The notes under the pieces were generated by a model. The model ran no database searches and was not told the origin of the DNA. It saw only the letters and a list, made by a program, of their open reading frames with translations. Below, piece by piece: positions 24,317 through 24,696 of a DNA stretch of 24,696 nucleotides. Position 1 is the stretch's first letter. Each line of letters opens with the position of its first letter. The translations under genes were made by a program, and so were the position numbers. Source of the stretch: Trichoplax sp. H2. Taxonomy: Eukaryota. The DNA lies in the NCBI GenBank assembly GCA_003344405.1, contig NOWV01000255.1, positions 62,001-86,696 on the forward strand, in the 5' to 3' direction.

Positions 24317-24696
24317 TCACAGTAATCGCTTATCAAAAAAATTTATATGACTACTACGACTACTTTTCTGACATTAGTATCGCTTAGTATTCGCGAGCAT
24401 TGACAGTTGATGCTTTAGCGTCAGATTGTACTGTAACTGTACGAGTATAGACTACATTACAGTACTTTATCGTCATGTTATAAATCCCCTTTCTCTAAGG
24501 ATAGGGTTTTGCTACTAAGTCAAATTTCTTTACAATTTGAATAGACGATGAAACGCCCTTTCTTTAGATTAGGCATTTGCTCTATAGGGCTACTTCTATA
24601 GTAATCTATATAATACCTTGTAAAATAATGAAGAAGAAAAGATGGCGACATGATGATTTGGCAGGGTAAAACTTAAAGACACTATCATTTTCTAGG

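Overview
AT-rich, intron-dense eukaryotic (metazoan) genomic DNA with short GT-AG introns. The style is consistent with a compact early-branching animal genome such as a placozoan, but this cannot be proven from the window. Two convergent multi-exon genes were reconstructed by hand with all splice phases checked. (1) A + strand PDIA5/PDIR-like ER protein disulfide isomerase (25 recognisable exons, 1756-7403, 5' end unresolved) with atypical active sites (CRYC, CYYC, CEQS), a long acidic insert, an extra non-catalytic thioredoxin-like domain that shares a 13-nt micro-exon with an internal domain, and a C-terminal HDEL. (2) A - strand kinesin-3 of the KIF28/KLP-6 type (28 exons, 18727-9612, about 1143 aa) whose first intron is a U12-type AT-AC intron and whose protein ends in a CaaX box (CCIVL). 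Upstream of the kinesin is a tight DR1 + X-box + CRE motif cluster. The right-hand third holds a frameshifted mariner transposase relic with an intron-like insertion at the catalytic motif, and a strongly G-depleted ~1 kb segment with a 41-bp tandem repeat and a Helitron-like end. Most ORF-track entries are exon read-throughs or antisense shadows.
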